Shown: one piece after another, positions 1 through 9,019 of the stretch
Numbering within the stretch: position 1 is the first letter of the stretch
How the letters are laid out: every line of letters starts with the position of its first letter
DNA from: Desulfatiglandales bacterium
GTDB lineage: Bacteria; Desulfobacterota; DSM-4660; Desulfatiglandales; Desulfatiglandaceae
Direction of reading: 5' to 3'
NCBI GenBank assembly: GCA_963662465.1
Contig: OY759599.1
Coordinates: forward strand, 1,920,001 to 1,984,000
Length of the DNA stretch: 64,000 nt
Translations under genes and position numbers: made by a program
Notes under the pieces: model-generated
Database searches by the model: none
Told to the model about the DNA's origin: nothing
What the model saw: only the letters and a program-made list of their open reading frames with translations

Positions 1-45
1 AAGGAAGCGGCCCAAAAATTGAGAAACCAATCCTATGGATACTAA
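1..45 (+). CDS. 3' end of upstream gene, possibly porphobilinogen synthase
   Basis: Open frame KEAAQKLRNQSYGY* ends at TAA 43-45 just before ahbD; resembles HemB C-termini and hemB often precedes ahbD; only 14 codons visible. Confidence 0.35.
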   Translation, partial: KEAAQKLRNQSYGY

Positions 46-1132
46 TATGCATCCCGAAAAAATTCAAAAAGCAGGATCTTCGCTTCGTCTCGTGGCCTGG
101 GAGTTAACACGGAAATGCAACCTGAATTGCGTTCACTGCCGCGCCGGCGCGGACCGGGGGCCCTACCCCGGCGAACTGGAAACCGGCAAATGCATTGAAA
201 TACTGGAACAGATCCGGGCCGTGGGGAACCCCATCGTGATCCTCACGGGGGGTGAACCCCTTTTGAGGGAAGACATCTTTGATCTGGCCCGGGCGGGAAC
301 CCAAATGGGCCTCCGCATGGTCATGGCCACCAACGGCACCCTGTTGACGCCTGAAAAAATTGAGCAAATGAAAACAAGCGGCATCAAGCGGGTCAGCATC
401 TCCATCGATGGTGCAACGGCTGCGCAACATGACGCCTTCAGACAAATGCCGGGGGCCTATAACCAGGCACTTAACGGGATTTCACTACTGAACCAAAACG
501 ATTTCGAATTCCAGATCAACACCACCGTTAGCCGCCACAACGTGAAAGACCTTGAAAAAATCCTGAACCTGACCGTTGAACTGGGGGCCGCAGCCCACCA
601 TATTTTCCTGCTGGTACCCACGGGCCGGGCCAAGGAAATGGTCAACCAGGAAATCGATGCGATGGAATATGAAAACCTGCTCCACTGGTTTTACCGCATG
701 CGGGATAAAGTCCCCCTTCACCTGAAGGCCACCTGCGCGCCCCATTACTATCGGATACTGCGCCAGGAAGCGCGAAAAAAAGGTGAAAAAGTCAGTTTTG
801 AGACCTATGGCCTTGACGCCGTCACCCGGGGGTGTCTGGGTGGAACGGCCTTCTGCTTTATTTCCAACACGGGGATTGTGCAGCCCTGCGGTTATCTGGA
901 GTTGGGTTGCGGGGACCTCAAAACGTCCTCTTTTCAATCGGTTTGGGGAAACTCCGAAATTTTCAATGCGTTAAGAGATTTTTCAGGGTATAAGGGGAAA
1001 TGTGGTCGATGCGGTTACATCCGGGTTTGCGGCGGCTGTCGGGCGCGTGCCTATGAGGCTACGGGCGATTATCTGGCTGAGGAACCCCTGTGCGCGTATG
1101 AACCCGGCGGACATAACGGCGGTAGCCATTAG
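35..1132 (+). CDS. ahbD: Radical SAM/SPASM haem b synthase (start may be ATG 47)
   Basis: CNLNCVHC radical SAM motif, LKATCAPHYYR and GCLGG motifs, C-terminal SPASM cysteines CGRC..CGGCRARA; near ahbA. Confidence 0.88.
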   Translation: MDTNMHPEKIQKAGSSLRLVAWELTRKCNLNCVHCRAGADRGPYPGELETGKCIEILEQIRAVGNPIVILTGGEPLLREDIFDLARAGTQMGLRMVMATNGTLLTPEKIEQMKTSGIKRVSISIDGATAAQHDAFRQMPGAYNQALNGISLLNQNDFEFQINTTVSRHNVKDLEKILNLTVELGAAAHHIFLLVPTGRAKEMVNQEIDAMEYENLLHWFYRMRDKVPLHLKATCAPHYYRILRQEARKKGEKVSFETYGLDAVTRGCLGGTAFCFISNTGIVQPCGYLELGCGDLKTSSFQSVWGNSEIFNALRDFSGYKGKCGRCGYIRVCGGCRARAYEATGDYLAEEPLCAYEPGGHNGGSH

Positions 1133-1145
1133 CGTTTAAACGAAA

Positions 1146-1186
1146 ATGAAAGGTGAAGAGCGAAAAGTAACCACTCTTCACTCTTC
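1146..1186. repeat. Degenerate GTGAAGA/TCTTCAC heptamer inverted repeat (family B)
   Basis: gtgaagag (1153-1160) pairs with ctcttcac (1174-1181); related to 22806-22865. Confidence 0.6.
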
Positions 1187-1198
1187 TTGCAGTGAAAA

Positions 1199-2221
1199 AT
1201 GAACTTCATCAATCGAAAAAAAGAAATTAAATACCTTAACGCCCACTTTAAGAGCGAACCCAATTGTTTGCTTTTTGTTTATGGACCGAAAAGCAGTGGT
1301 AAAAGTTCCCTTTTGGATAACATCGTAAAACAATTGGATAAAGACCGATATGCCATCAATTTTTTGGATTTGCGCCGGGTTATTATTTATGATTTCAACT
1401 CATTTTTAGATATTTTTTTCCAGGAAGATATCAAAGAGAAAACAAAGGATATTTTACGAGGCCTTACAATTAACGCGGGCTTTTTTAAGATAAAAGTTGA
1501 TGAAAAGGCAATGCTTAAAAAGAATGCCTTTAAAATAATTTCAGATAAGCTGGAATCCGCAAAAAATTCGGGCATACAGCCTGTCATAATCATTGATGAG
1601 ATACAATTGCTAAAGAATATCTATGTAAACGGCGAGCGTTATTTAATTGACGAACTTTTCAATCTTTTTATCGCATTAACAAAAGTGACCCATTCAACGC
1701 ATGTGGTACTTTGCACATCGGATTCTTACTTCATAGAAGAGATTTATAAAAGCGCAAAGCTTTCAAAAACCAGCGAATTTTTTCTCCTTGACCATTTCGA
1801 AAAAGAGATTGTTTACAGCTGGCTAAAAACGGAAAGTTTCAAAGATGAAGAGATCAACGCAATATGGAACCGCATAGGAGGATGTCCCTGGGAGATTAGC
1901 CGGATCATCGAAAAGCGAAGGCAAGGCGAAGAATCCGTTGAGCAGATATGTCTGCGTTTTATAGAAGATGAATTCGGCAAACTTGATAATTTTCTACTTT
2001 CTTTTTCTGAAGCAAAAGAGGCTGTTTTTTTTGAAGTGATAAACCGAATCGTAAAGGACGGCTTTTGCAACATAAGAGAAATTAAAAATAAAACCGTCGT
2101 TTTAGAATTGCTAAAAGAGATGATCGCCCATGATTTTTGGTTTTATGTGGCCAACAAGAGGGAGATTACAGCAAATTCGAAGAGTATATATCGCGCATTT
2201 GAAAAATTCTTGGATGGATAG
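1199..2221 (+). CDS. P-loop ATPase, archaeal-type AAA family
   Basis: FINRKKEI N-terminus, Walker A GPKSSGKS, Walker B IIIDE; visibly AT-richer than neighbours. Confidence 0.8.
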   Translation: MNFINRKKEIKYLNAHFKSEPNCLLFVYGPKSSGKSSLLDNIVKQLDKDRYAINFLDLRRVIIYDFNSFLDIFFQEDIKEKTKDILRGLTINAGFFKIKVDEKAMLKKNAFKIISDKLESAKNSGIQPVIIIDEIQLLKNIYVNGERYLIDELFNLFIALTKVTHSTHVVLCTSDSYFIEEIYKSAKLSKTSEFFLLDHFEKEIVYSWLKTESFKDEEINAIWNRIGGCPWEISRIIEKRRQGEESVEQICLRFIEDEFGKLDNFLLSFSEAKEAVFFEVINRIVKDGFCNIREIKNKTVVLELLKEMIAHDFWFYVANKREITANSKSIYRAFEKFLDG

Positions 2222-2251
2222 GCTCGCGGCATAGCCGATAAAGGCACTCCG

Positions 2252-2698
2252 ATGGACATGAAGTACCGGAAAATTCTGAACGAAATTCAGTCCGATTTCC
2301 CCATTTCGTCGCGGCCCTATCGCGATCTGGGGGAAAAACTCAATATGACGGAAAGTGAGGTCCTTGACGCCGTAGCTCACCTGAAAGAAAGAGGCATTAT
2401 CCGGCGAATCGGCGGTAATTTTCAGTCCTCTCGACTCGATTTTGTCAGCACCCTCTGTGCCGCACGCGTACCGGAAGAGAAAATTGATCGTTTTGTGGAA
2501 ACGGTAAACGCTTATCCGGGGGTAACCCACAATTACTTGAGAGCCCATTCCTATAACATCTGGTTTACCTTTATTGCGGAAAGGATGGATGTGATCGAAG
2601 CGGCACTTGAAGTCATACGGCGGAAAACCGGCGTGACGGAAATTTTAAATCTCCCCGCCGAAGAAATGTTTAAAATAAAAGTTGACTTTGCGGTGTAA
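2252..2698 (+). CDS. ahbA: Sirohaem decarboxylase alpha subunit (Lrp/AsnC-like)
   Basis: IQSDFPISSRPY, GIIRRIGG, STLCAA, PGVTHNYLR..YNIWFT motifs. Confidence 0.85.
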   Translation: MDMKYRKILNEIQSDFPISSRPYRDLGEKLNMTESEVLDAVAHLKERGIIRRIGGNFQSSRLDFVSTLCAARVPEEKIDRFVETVNAYPGVTHNYLRAHSYNIWFTFIAERMDVIEAALEVIRRKTGVTEILNLPAEEMFKIKVDFAV

Positions 2699-4144
2699 GT
2701 GAATCCCGAAAACGAGGTTTGCCCGGAAATGAAGGCTAACAGCCTGATATTCATTGTGGATGATGAGCCCACGGCCAGAAACCTGATGTCGAAATGGGTT
2801 CAAAAATTCGGCTATGAAGTCAGAACATTCAGCGACGGCGAGCAATGTCTCGAGGCCCTGGATGAAGGGCCGACGGCCATCTGCCTGGATATCATGATGC
2901 CGGGACTGGACGGCATCGAGGTCTTGAAACGCATTCAAAACATCGAAAAAGAACTTCCCGTCATCATGGTCACCGCCAAGGATTCATTGGAACTGGCCGT
3001 CAACGCCATGAAGCTGGGCGCCTATGATTACATCCGGAAGCCCATCGACCGAAGCAGACTGGAGACATCTCTGAATAAGGCTGTTGAAAAATATACCCTA
3101 GCCAAAAGAATCAGCCAACTTCAGAAAGAGTTGGGACATACCTACTCATTTCACAACATCATCGGCAAGACCGCCGTGATGGAAAAGGTCTTCAACCAGA
3201 TTGAAAAGGTGGCCAACAACAATATCAACGTTTTTATTCAGGGAGAGAGCGGTACGGGAAAGGAACTCGTGGCCAGGGCCATTCACTACCAGGGATCCCG
3301 CAAGGAAGGACCCTTTGAAGCCGTCAATTGCGGCGCCATACCGGAAAACCTTCAGGAGAGTGAATTTTTCGGGTATGAAAAGGGAGCGTTTACCGGCGCT
3401 TTTCGGTCCCAGGCGGGCAAAATCGAGGTGGCTCACGGCGGCACCCTGTTTCTGGATGAAGTGGGCGATATGTCGCCGAGTCTTCAAATCAAACTCCTCC
3501 GTTTTCTTGAAACCAGAACCATTGAACGTGTGGGGGGCCGAAAACGCATTTCGGTGGATGTGCGCATTATTTCCGCCACCAACAAAATGCTGAAAGAGGA
3601 AACGGAAACCGGCAATTTCAGGGAAGACCTCTATTACCGCCTGATGGTTTACCCCATCACCATACCGCCCCTCAGAGATCGAAAAGAGGATATTTCGGTC
3701 CTGGTGCAACACTTTCTAAATAAATACATGAAGGAAACCAAAAAGGATATCCGCTCCGTTGATCATAATACCATGGAAGCGATGGTTGCTTACGATTGGC
3801 CGGGAAATGTCAGGGAACTGGAAAATGTCATCCAGCGGGCCATGGTTACCTCGGACAGCGATCGGTTGGAAATCTCGACCCTTCCTTCGGAAATTGCCGA
3901 AGGCTCTCGACCCGTATCCAATGAAGGTCCTCCCAAAGAGGGTAAAAACGAAGTCCCAATGGATTTCACTTCCCGGGAAGTGAAATCCCTTTCAACCATG
4001 GAAAAAATGGCCATGCTCAACGCCCTCGACATCACCCGGGGAAATCTGGCGTTGACGGCCAAGAAGCTTGAAATTTCAAGGGCAACCCTTTACCGAAAAA
4101 TCGACAAATATGATCTTCGCAACCTGAGTCCTTTTTTAAAATAA
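2699..4144 (+). CDS. Sigma54-dependent response regulator (REC-AAA-HTH, NtrC family)
   Basis: REC LDIMMPG, GESGTGKE, GAFTGA, FREDLYYRL, WPGNVRELEN, Fis-type HTH; start may be ATG 2729. Confidence 0.93.
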   Translation: MNPENEVCPEMKANSLIFIVDDEPTARNLMSKWVQKFGYEVRTFSDGEQCLEALDEGPTAICLDIMMPGLDGIEVLKRIQNIEKELPVIMVTAKDSLELAVNAMKLGAYDYIRKPIDRSRLETSLNKAVEKYTLAKRISQLQKELGHTYSFHNIIGKTAVMEKVFNQIEKVANNNINVFIQGESGTGKELVARAIHYQGSRKEGPFEAVNCGAIPENLQESEFFGYEKGAFTGAFRSQAGKIEVAHGGTLFLDEVGDMSPSLQIKLLRFLETRTIERVGGRKRISVDVRIISATNKMLKEETETGNFREDLYYRLMVYPITIPPLRDRKEDISVLVQHFLNKYMKETKKDIRSVDHNTMEAMVAYDWPGNVRELENVIQRAMVTSDSDRLEISTLPSEIAEGSRPVSNEGPPKEGKNEVPMDFTSREVKSLSTMEKMAMLNALDITRGNLALTAKKLEISRATLYRKIDKYDLRNLSPFLK

Positions 4145-4167
4145 AAAATCTATGTCGTTTCTGGGAG

Positions 4168-4222
4168 TTCATTGATAAAAAACTTAAAACGTAAAACTTA
4201 AAACCGCGGCTTGCCGCACTAG
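4168..4222 (+). repeat. Right half of ~125 bp TTAAAAC-heptamer element (family A)
   Basis: ttcattgat..acttaaaacgtaaaacttaaaaccgcggcttgccgcactag matches the right half of the 61951-62075 element read on the minus strand. Confidence 0.8.
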
Positions 4223-4233
4223 AGGTGTATGCT

Positions 4234-4653
4234 ATGTTTAAAAACATTCTGGTTCCAACGGATTTTCTGGATAAAGATCACCATGCCCTGAATATTGCCT
4301 TAAAGCTTTGCTCTATAGACAACGGTAAAATTTCACTGCTGCATGTTATCGAAGTAATCCAAAACACGACTTTTGAAGAATTTGAGGACTTTTACGGCGG
4401 TCTTGAAAAACGTTCCTACAAAGACCTCAATGCCATCATTGACATCCTCGGCACAACGGAAACAACCATAGAGCCACAGGTTGTATATGGCAACAGGACT
4501 CAGGAAATTGTCCGCTATGCGGAACAAAACCAGGTCGATCTGATCATCATGAAATCTCACAGGATCAAACTTGAGGATCGAAGTCAGGGGTGGGGAACCA
4601 TCAGCTACAAGGTGAGCATTCTGGCTCAATGCCCTGTTATGCTGGTCAAATAG
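4234..4653 (+). CDS. Universal stress protein
   Basis: MFKNILVPTDF, LLHVIE, DLIIMKSH, QCPVMLVK. Confidence 0.9.
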   Translation: MFKNILVPTDFLDKDHHALNIALKLCSIDNGKISLLHVIEVIQNTTFEEFEDFYGGLEKRSYKDLNAIIDILGTTETTIEPQVVYGNRTQEIVRYAEQNQVDLIIMKSHRIKLEDRSQGWGTISYKVSILAQCPVMLVK

Positions 4654-4707
4654 CCGGTTCCGCCGGACAGGCATCCACTTAAAACAAAAAATTTCGGAGG
4701 GTACGCG

Positions 4708-5520
4708 GTGACATCAAAAAAAGCCGAAATGGAAGGACAAAACAACCTGACCCTGAATAAAATAGTCGATCATGTGGGTATCGTTACCATGAATAACGGC
4801 AAACACCTGAACGCTCTTGGTGCGAATCTGGTTCAGGGGATACTGGATTCGTTGGACCTGTTTGAAGCCAACGAAGTACGGACCGTCATCCTGCGGGCCG
4901 CTCCCGGTGCAAAAGTGTGGTCGGCGGGACACAATATCAAGGAAATCCCCCTGGATGGTCAGGACCCCATTACCTGGAATGTGCCATTTGAAAAGCTCCT
5001 TCACAGTGTGCGCAACTTTCCCATGCCGGTGATCGGCATGATCGAAGGAAGCGTCTGGGGCGGCGCATGCGACCTCGCCATGACATGCGACATTCTGGTG
5101 GGCACGCCTGGCGCGACCTTCGCCATCACGCCGGTAAAACTGGGCCTTTCCTACAATACCGCGGGCGTAAATCATTTTCTCGGGGTACTGCCCGTTCATA
5201 TTATAAAGGAAATGCTTTTTACAGCCCAACCGCTTTCAGCGGAAGATGCCTTCCGGCTGGGGCTGCTGAACCGTCTGGTGTCGCCTGACGACCTTGAAAA
5301 AGCCACCATGGGGATTGCAAGGGATATTGCGAGCCGGGCGCCCCTGGCGGTCCGTGTCCTAAAAAAGGAAATGCAGCGACTGACGGCAGGGCCGGGAATT
5401 TCCCCGGACGACTTCGAGGAAATTCAGGGGCTCCGGCGGGAAGCCTACCGGAGCGATGACTTTCAAGAAGGCATCCGATCATTTTTTGAAAAACGAAATC
5501 CCGTTTTTACCGGTAAGTAA
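4708..5520 (+). CDS. scpB: Methylmalonyl-CoA decarboxylase, crotonase family (biotin-independent)
   Basis: KVWSAGHNI, IEGSVWGGACDL, FAITPVKLG..Y and DFQEG..FFEKR.P.F.G typical of ScpB. Confidence 0.75.
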   Translation: MTSKKAEMEGQNNLTLNKIVDHVGIVTMNNGKHLNALGANLVQGILDSLDLFEANEVRTVILRAAPGAKVWSAGHNIKEIPLDGQDPITWNVPFEKLLHSVRNFPMPVIGMIEGSVWGGACDLAMTCDILVGTPGATFAITPVKLGLSYNTAGVNHFLGVLPVHIIKEMLFTAQPLSAEDAFRLGLLNRLVSPDDLEKATMGIARDIASRAPLAVRVLKKEMQRLTAGPGISPDDFEEIQGLRREAYRSDDFQEGIRSFFEKRNPVFTGK

Positions 5521-5588
5521 TCCAGATAAACCGCAGTGGTTTGCTATTCCACGTTGACGGAAGACATTGGAATAAGAAAAAAAGTCCT

Positions 5589-8249
5589 TCAACCTAAAAT
5601 TACACTCAGTGCGGCTTTGACCTTGTCAGGCGCCGCGGGCAAATCGGTTATCCACACGCCGCAGGCGTTATGGATGGCGTTAATCACCGCCGGCGCCGTG
5701 GGCACCATGGTCATTTCACCCACTCCTACCGCGCCATTGGGTCCGCGGTTTCGAGGGGTTTGCAAGAGAATCGTTTCCATATCAAAGGCGGTTTTCATGC
5801 TGGGAAACTTGAAGGTCACCCAATCCCTGGTCTGCCCGGCAATGTATTGCTCCCGAAGGGCATACCCCACCCCCATATCCATACCGCCGTGGAGCTGACC
5901 TTCCACGTTTTGAGGGTTGATCAGTACGCCTGCATCGCAGGCGGTGGTCATTTTAAGGATTCGCACTTGACCGTTTTCAGCGTTCACTTCCAACTCGGCC
6001 AGTTGGATGGCGTGGACCTGGGAATCGAAGGAGGGACCTTGCCCGGTCTTCTCGTCCAAAGGACCGCTGGCTGTGGCCTTTTTCCGGCCCATATACCGAA
6101 CCGGCCGATGGGCCTTCTTAAGGTCCGCGCCCGTCTCGGCCCCCACTTGGGCCATGACGGTTTTCAGCTGGTTGACGGCATCTACAAGAGCGCCACCCAC
6201 CATGAACGTCAAGCGGCTCCCGGCGGCCGGTCCCGTGGCGGTGGTCCGATCCGTATCCCGGGTGACCAGACGCACCTTGTCCAGGGGCAGGTTCATGTTC
6301 TTAGCCGCCAACTGCGTCAGCATGGCATCGGTACCTTCCCCCGGGTCAGCCGCGGCGGCAAAAATGGTGACGCCACCGTCATCGTCCAGTTCCAGTGCGA
6401 CAACGGCACTGTCTCCGGGACTGCCGATGCCGAATGCACCCGCGGCCAACCCCACACCGCGACAAATGGGCCCATCCCTGAAACCTGACGCTTCCCTTAA
6501 AGCGCGTTCGTAATGGGGACGAACCGCATCGCATAATTCCGGAAACGGCCATTGGTCCACTCTCTGACCTGTGGATTTGCACTGGCCCGGTTTAAGAGAA
6601 TTGATTTTTCTAAATGCCAATGGGTCAACGCCCAGCTTGTGGGCCAGCATGTCCATGGCGCATTCCAGGGCGAAATGCGCCTGAGGGGGACCGGCGCCCC
6701 GGGCGGCGCTTCCCCATGGATTGTTGGTGTAAACCAGCCGGCTTCGGCAGTGGACATTGGGGATGAGGTAGGAACCGGACAGCATCAGCACGGCCCGATT
6801 GACAACCGCATTTCCATTTGAGTGATAAGCCCCGTTGTCCACCACCATGTCCATATCCAGAGCCGTCAGGCGGTTTTTATCATCTGCGCCCATTTTGACT
6901 TTCATATCAAAAGGATGACGCTTGGAGGACATCTCCATGGATTCCACCAGGCTGGGGATATAGCGCACCGGTTTCCGGAAATGGATTGCCGCAGCAGCCG
7001 CTATGCCTTCGGAAGTGATTTCGAGCTTGATGCCGAATTGCCCGCCTGAAAACGCCTCTTCATACCGCATATTTTCCCAGCCCACCGCTTCCTGGAGCAT
7101 ACTCAGATGATGGTGGATGTTGATGCTTCGGCCGATGACCACCAGTTGTGCTTCATCGCCCTCCCCTTCCAGATACGCCGCGCAGGCTTCGGGCTCCAGC
7201 GGCGCCTGATGATTAATTTGGGTCTTGAAACGCGCTTCGATAATGGCATGGGAATGGGCCAGGGCCGTTTTACTGTCGCCCTTATCATGGAACTGACTGA
7301 AACACAGGTTGGGCCACTGGTCATGGAGTTGAATGGCATCAGGGGCCATGGCCTCCCTGGGATCGGACAAAACCGGCAACAATTCATACGCGACGCTGAT
7401 TTTATCCAGGGCGGCAACCGCCTGTTCCCGGGTTTCGGCCGCGAGTACGGCTACGGGATCACCCACGTAGCGAACCCTGTCCTTGCAGAGTACCGGACGA
7501 TCGGGGATTGCATATTTCAGCCGGTTTGTTCCCTTGATATCATCGGCGGTCATGACGCCCACGACACCCGGTTGTTCCAGGGCGGCGGAAAAGTCCACGG
7601 ATAGAATTCCGGCGTGGGGGTGGGAACTGCGCAGGACCGCCAGTTCCAAAGCGCCGGGAATGCGAATATCCGCAGTAAACTGAGCGGCGCCGCAGGCCTT
7701 CATCATGGCCGATGGGCGCGGATGATTCACGCCGATGGGCGCGGCGTCGGCCTGGGGACGAACTGCGTCCGGCGTCATTTCGCCGCGTTTGAAACGGGCC
7801 GCCAACCGAACGGCATCGATAATACTGGTGTATCCCGTGCAACGGCACAGGTTTCGGCGCAGGGCCTTTTTTATGTCATCCCGGCTGGGATCCGGGTTTT
7901 GATCCAGAAGCACTTTGGCCGCCATAATCATGCCCGGCGTGCAAAAACCGCATTGGACGGCGCCCGCCAACACGAATGCTTCCTGAATCAAGTGGGGATT
8001 GTCAGGCGTTCCCAACCCTTCAATGGTAATGACTTCAGCGCCATGCAAACCAGCCACTTTGGTCAGGCAGGATAAAACCGCCTTTCCATTAACAATAACC
8101 GTGCAGGCGCCGCATTGCCCCTTGCGATCGCAAGACTGTTTGGTTCCGGTTAACCCCAGAATATCGCGGAGGAGATCCAGCAGAACCAGTTTGGCGTCGG
8201 CGATCACCTGAACCGCGCAACCATTGACATTGAGGTTAACTTTTTTCAT
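5589..8249 (-). CDS. Molybdopterin aldehyde oxidoreductase (Mop-like, 2Fe-2S fused)
   Basis: N-terminal CxxxGQCGAC and QCGFC..CRCTGY 2Fe-2S motifs; GGQFG, ARGAGPPQ and GVGE molybdopterin motifs. Confidence 0.9.
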   Translation of the reverse strand: MKKVNLNVNGCAVQVIADAKLVLLDLLRDILGLTGTKQSCDRKGQCGACTVIVNGKAVLSCLTKVAGLHGAEVITIEGLGTPDNPHLIQEAFVLAGAVQCGFCTPGMIMAAKVLLDQNPDPSRDDIKKALRRNLCRCTGYTSIIDAVRLAARFKRGEMTPDAVRPQADAAPIGVNHPRPSAMMKACGAAQFTADIRIPGALELAVLRSSHPHAGILSVDFSAALEQPGVVGVMTADDIKGTNRLKYAIPDRPVLCKDRVRYVGDPVAVLAAETREQAVAALDKISVAYELLPVLSDPREAMAPDAIQLHDQWPNLCFSQFHDKGDSKTALAHSHAIIEARFKTQINHQAPLEPEACAAYLEGEGDEAQLVVIGRSINIHHHLSMLQEAVGWENMRYEEAFSGGQFGIKLEITSEGIAAAAAIHFRKPVRYIPSLVESMEMSSKRHPFDMKVKMGADDKNRLTALDMDMVVDNGAYHSNGNAVVNRAVLMLSGSYLIPNVHCRSRLVYTNNPWGSAARGAGPPQAHFALECAMDMLAHKLGVDPLAFRKINSLKPGQCKSTGQRVDQWPFPELCDAVRPHYERALREASGFRDGPICRGVGLAAGAFGIGSPGDSAVVALELDDDGGVTIFAAAADPGEGTDAMLTQLAAKNMNLPLDKVRLVTRDTDRTTATGPAAGSRLTFMVGGALVDAVNQLKTVMAQVGAETGADLKKAHRPVRYMGRKKATASGPLDEKTGQGPSFDSQVHAIQLAELEVNAENGQVRILKMTTACDAGVLINPQNVEGQLHGGMDMGVGYALREQYIAGQTRDWVTFKFPSMKTAFDMETILLQTPRNRGPNGAVGVGEMTMVPTAPAVINAIHNACGVWITDLPAAPDKVKAALSVILG

Positions 8250-8279
8250 TTCAAATCTCGTTTTACAAAAAAGAAGATT

Positions 8280-9002
8280 TTACCATTTGAGAAAGACGCT
8301 TTCATAATCGGCATCATCAGCGGTCCGTTCCAACTCTTTTCCCAACAGATCAAATTGTTCGAAATCAAATCCACAAAACCGGGATTCCATAAAGTCCCGG
8401 TCGGCGGGACTTGTTTTCCTCAGCCATCTCACAACGGATGACCGGTTTTCGAAGCACTGGCAAGCCAAGTGGGCGGACAGATCCGCCACTCGCTTCTCCC
8501 GGTTTTCAATGGAGGTCAAATACGAATCGCGAAACACCCCGGATTCTTTCATGCGACCCAGGAGATGGGGTAAAAGCGCCTGAGTCCGGGTTTCAACAAT
8601 GGTCTGTCTTTTCAACCACTCGATGACGTCCCCCCGGTCAACGGCCATATGACCAAATTGTTCCGTAAGCGGCGTATGTCGTTTTTTGACAATGGGCTGC
8701 CGACGTCCGCGCACATGGATCAGAATCAGCCTCGGGTTCATGAGCAGATCCCCAACCAGTGCAAATTCACAATTTTCCGCGTAATTCCCCGCACAAATAA
8801 CGGCAAGTTCGTTAATGCGGGCGAGGGAAAGCCAATAAAGACTGCCTTGAACAAAGGAGGATTCATCCAGGAGATTCAACAGATGAACCAACACTTCTTC
8901 GTTCAGTTTGTGTACGGCAGCCTTTTCAGCAATCATTTGGTTAAAAGTAAGAATGAAATCCCGATGTTCAAGCAAATTGTCCGAAGCTATGTTTTGATAC
9001 AT
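8280..9002 (-). CDS. Hypothetical protein (~240 aa)
   Basis: ATG at 9002, 18 nt after the FDH stop; fills the gap up to the oxidoreductase gene; no motif recognised. Confidence 0.7.
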   Translation of the reverse strand: MYQNIASDNLLEHRDFILTFNQMIAEKAAVHKLNEEVLVHLLNLLDESSFVQGSLYWLSLARINELAVICAGNYAENCEFALVGDLLMNPRLILIHVRGRRQPIVKKRHTPLTEQFGHMAVDRGDVIEWLKRQTIVETRTQALLPHLLGRMKESGVFRDSYLTSIENREKRVADLSAHLACQCFENRSSVVRWLRKTSPADRDFMESRFCGFDFEQFDLLGKELERTADDADYESVFLKW

Positions 9003-9019
9003 ACGATCCCTTTCTGATT

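Noticed and set aside
4708..5520. ScpB forming a pathway with the mutase at the window end
   Set aside because: About 57 kb apart, and the mutase has non-methylmalonyl specificity residues
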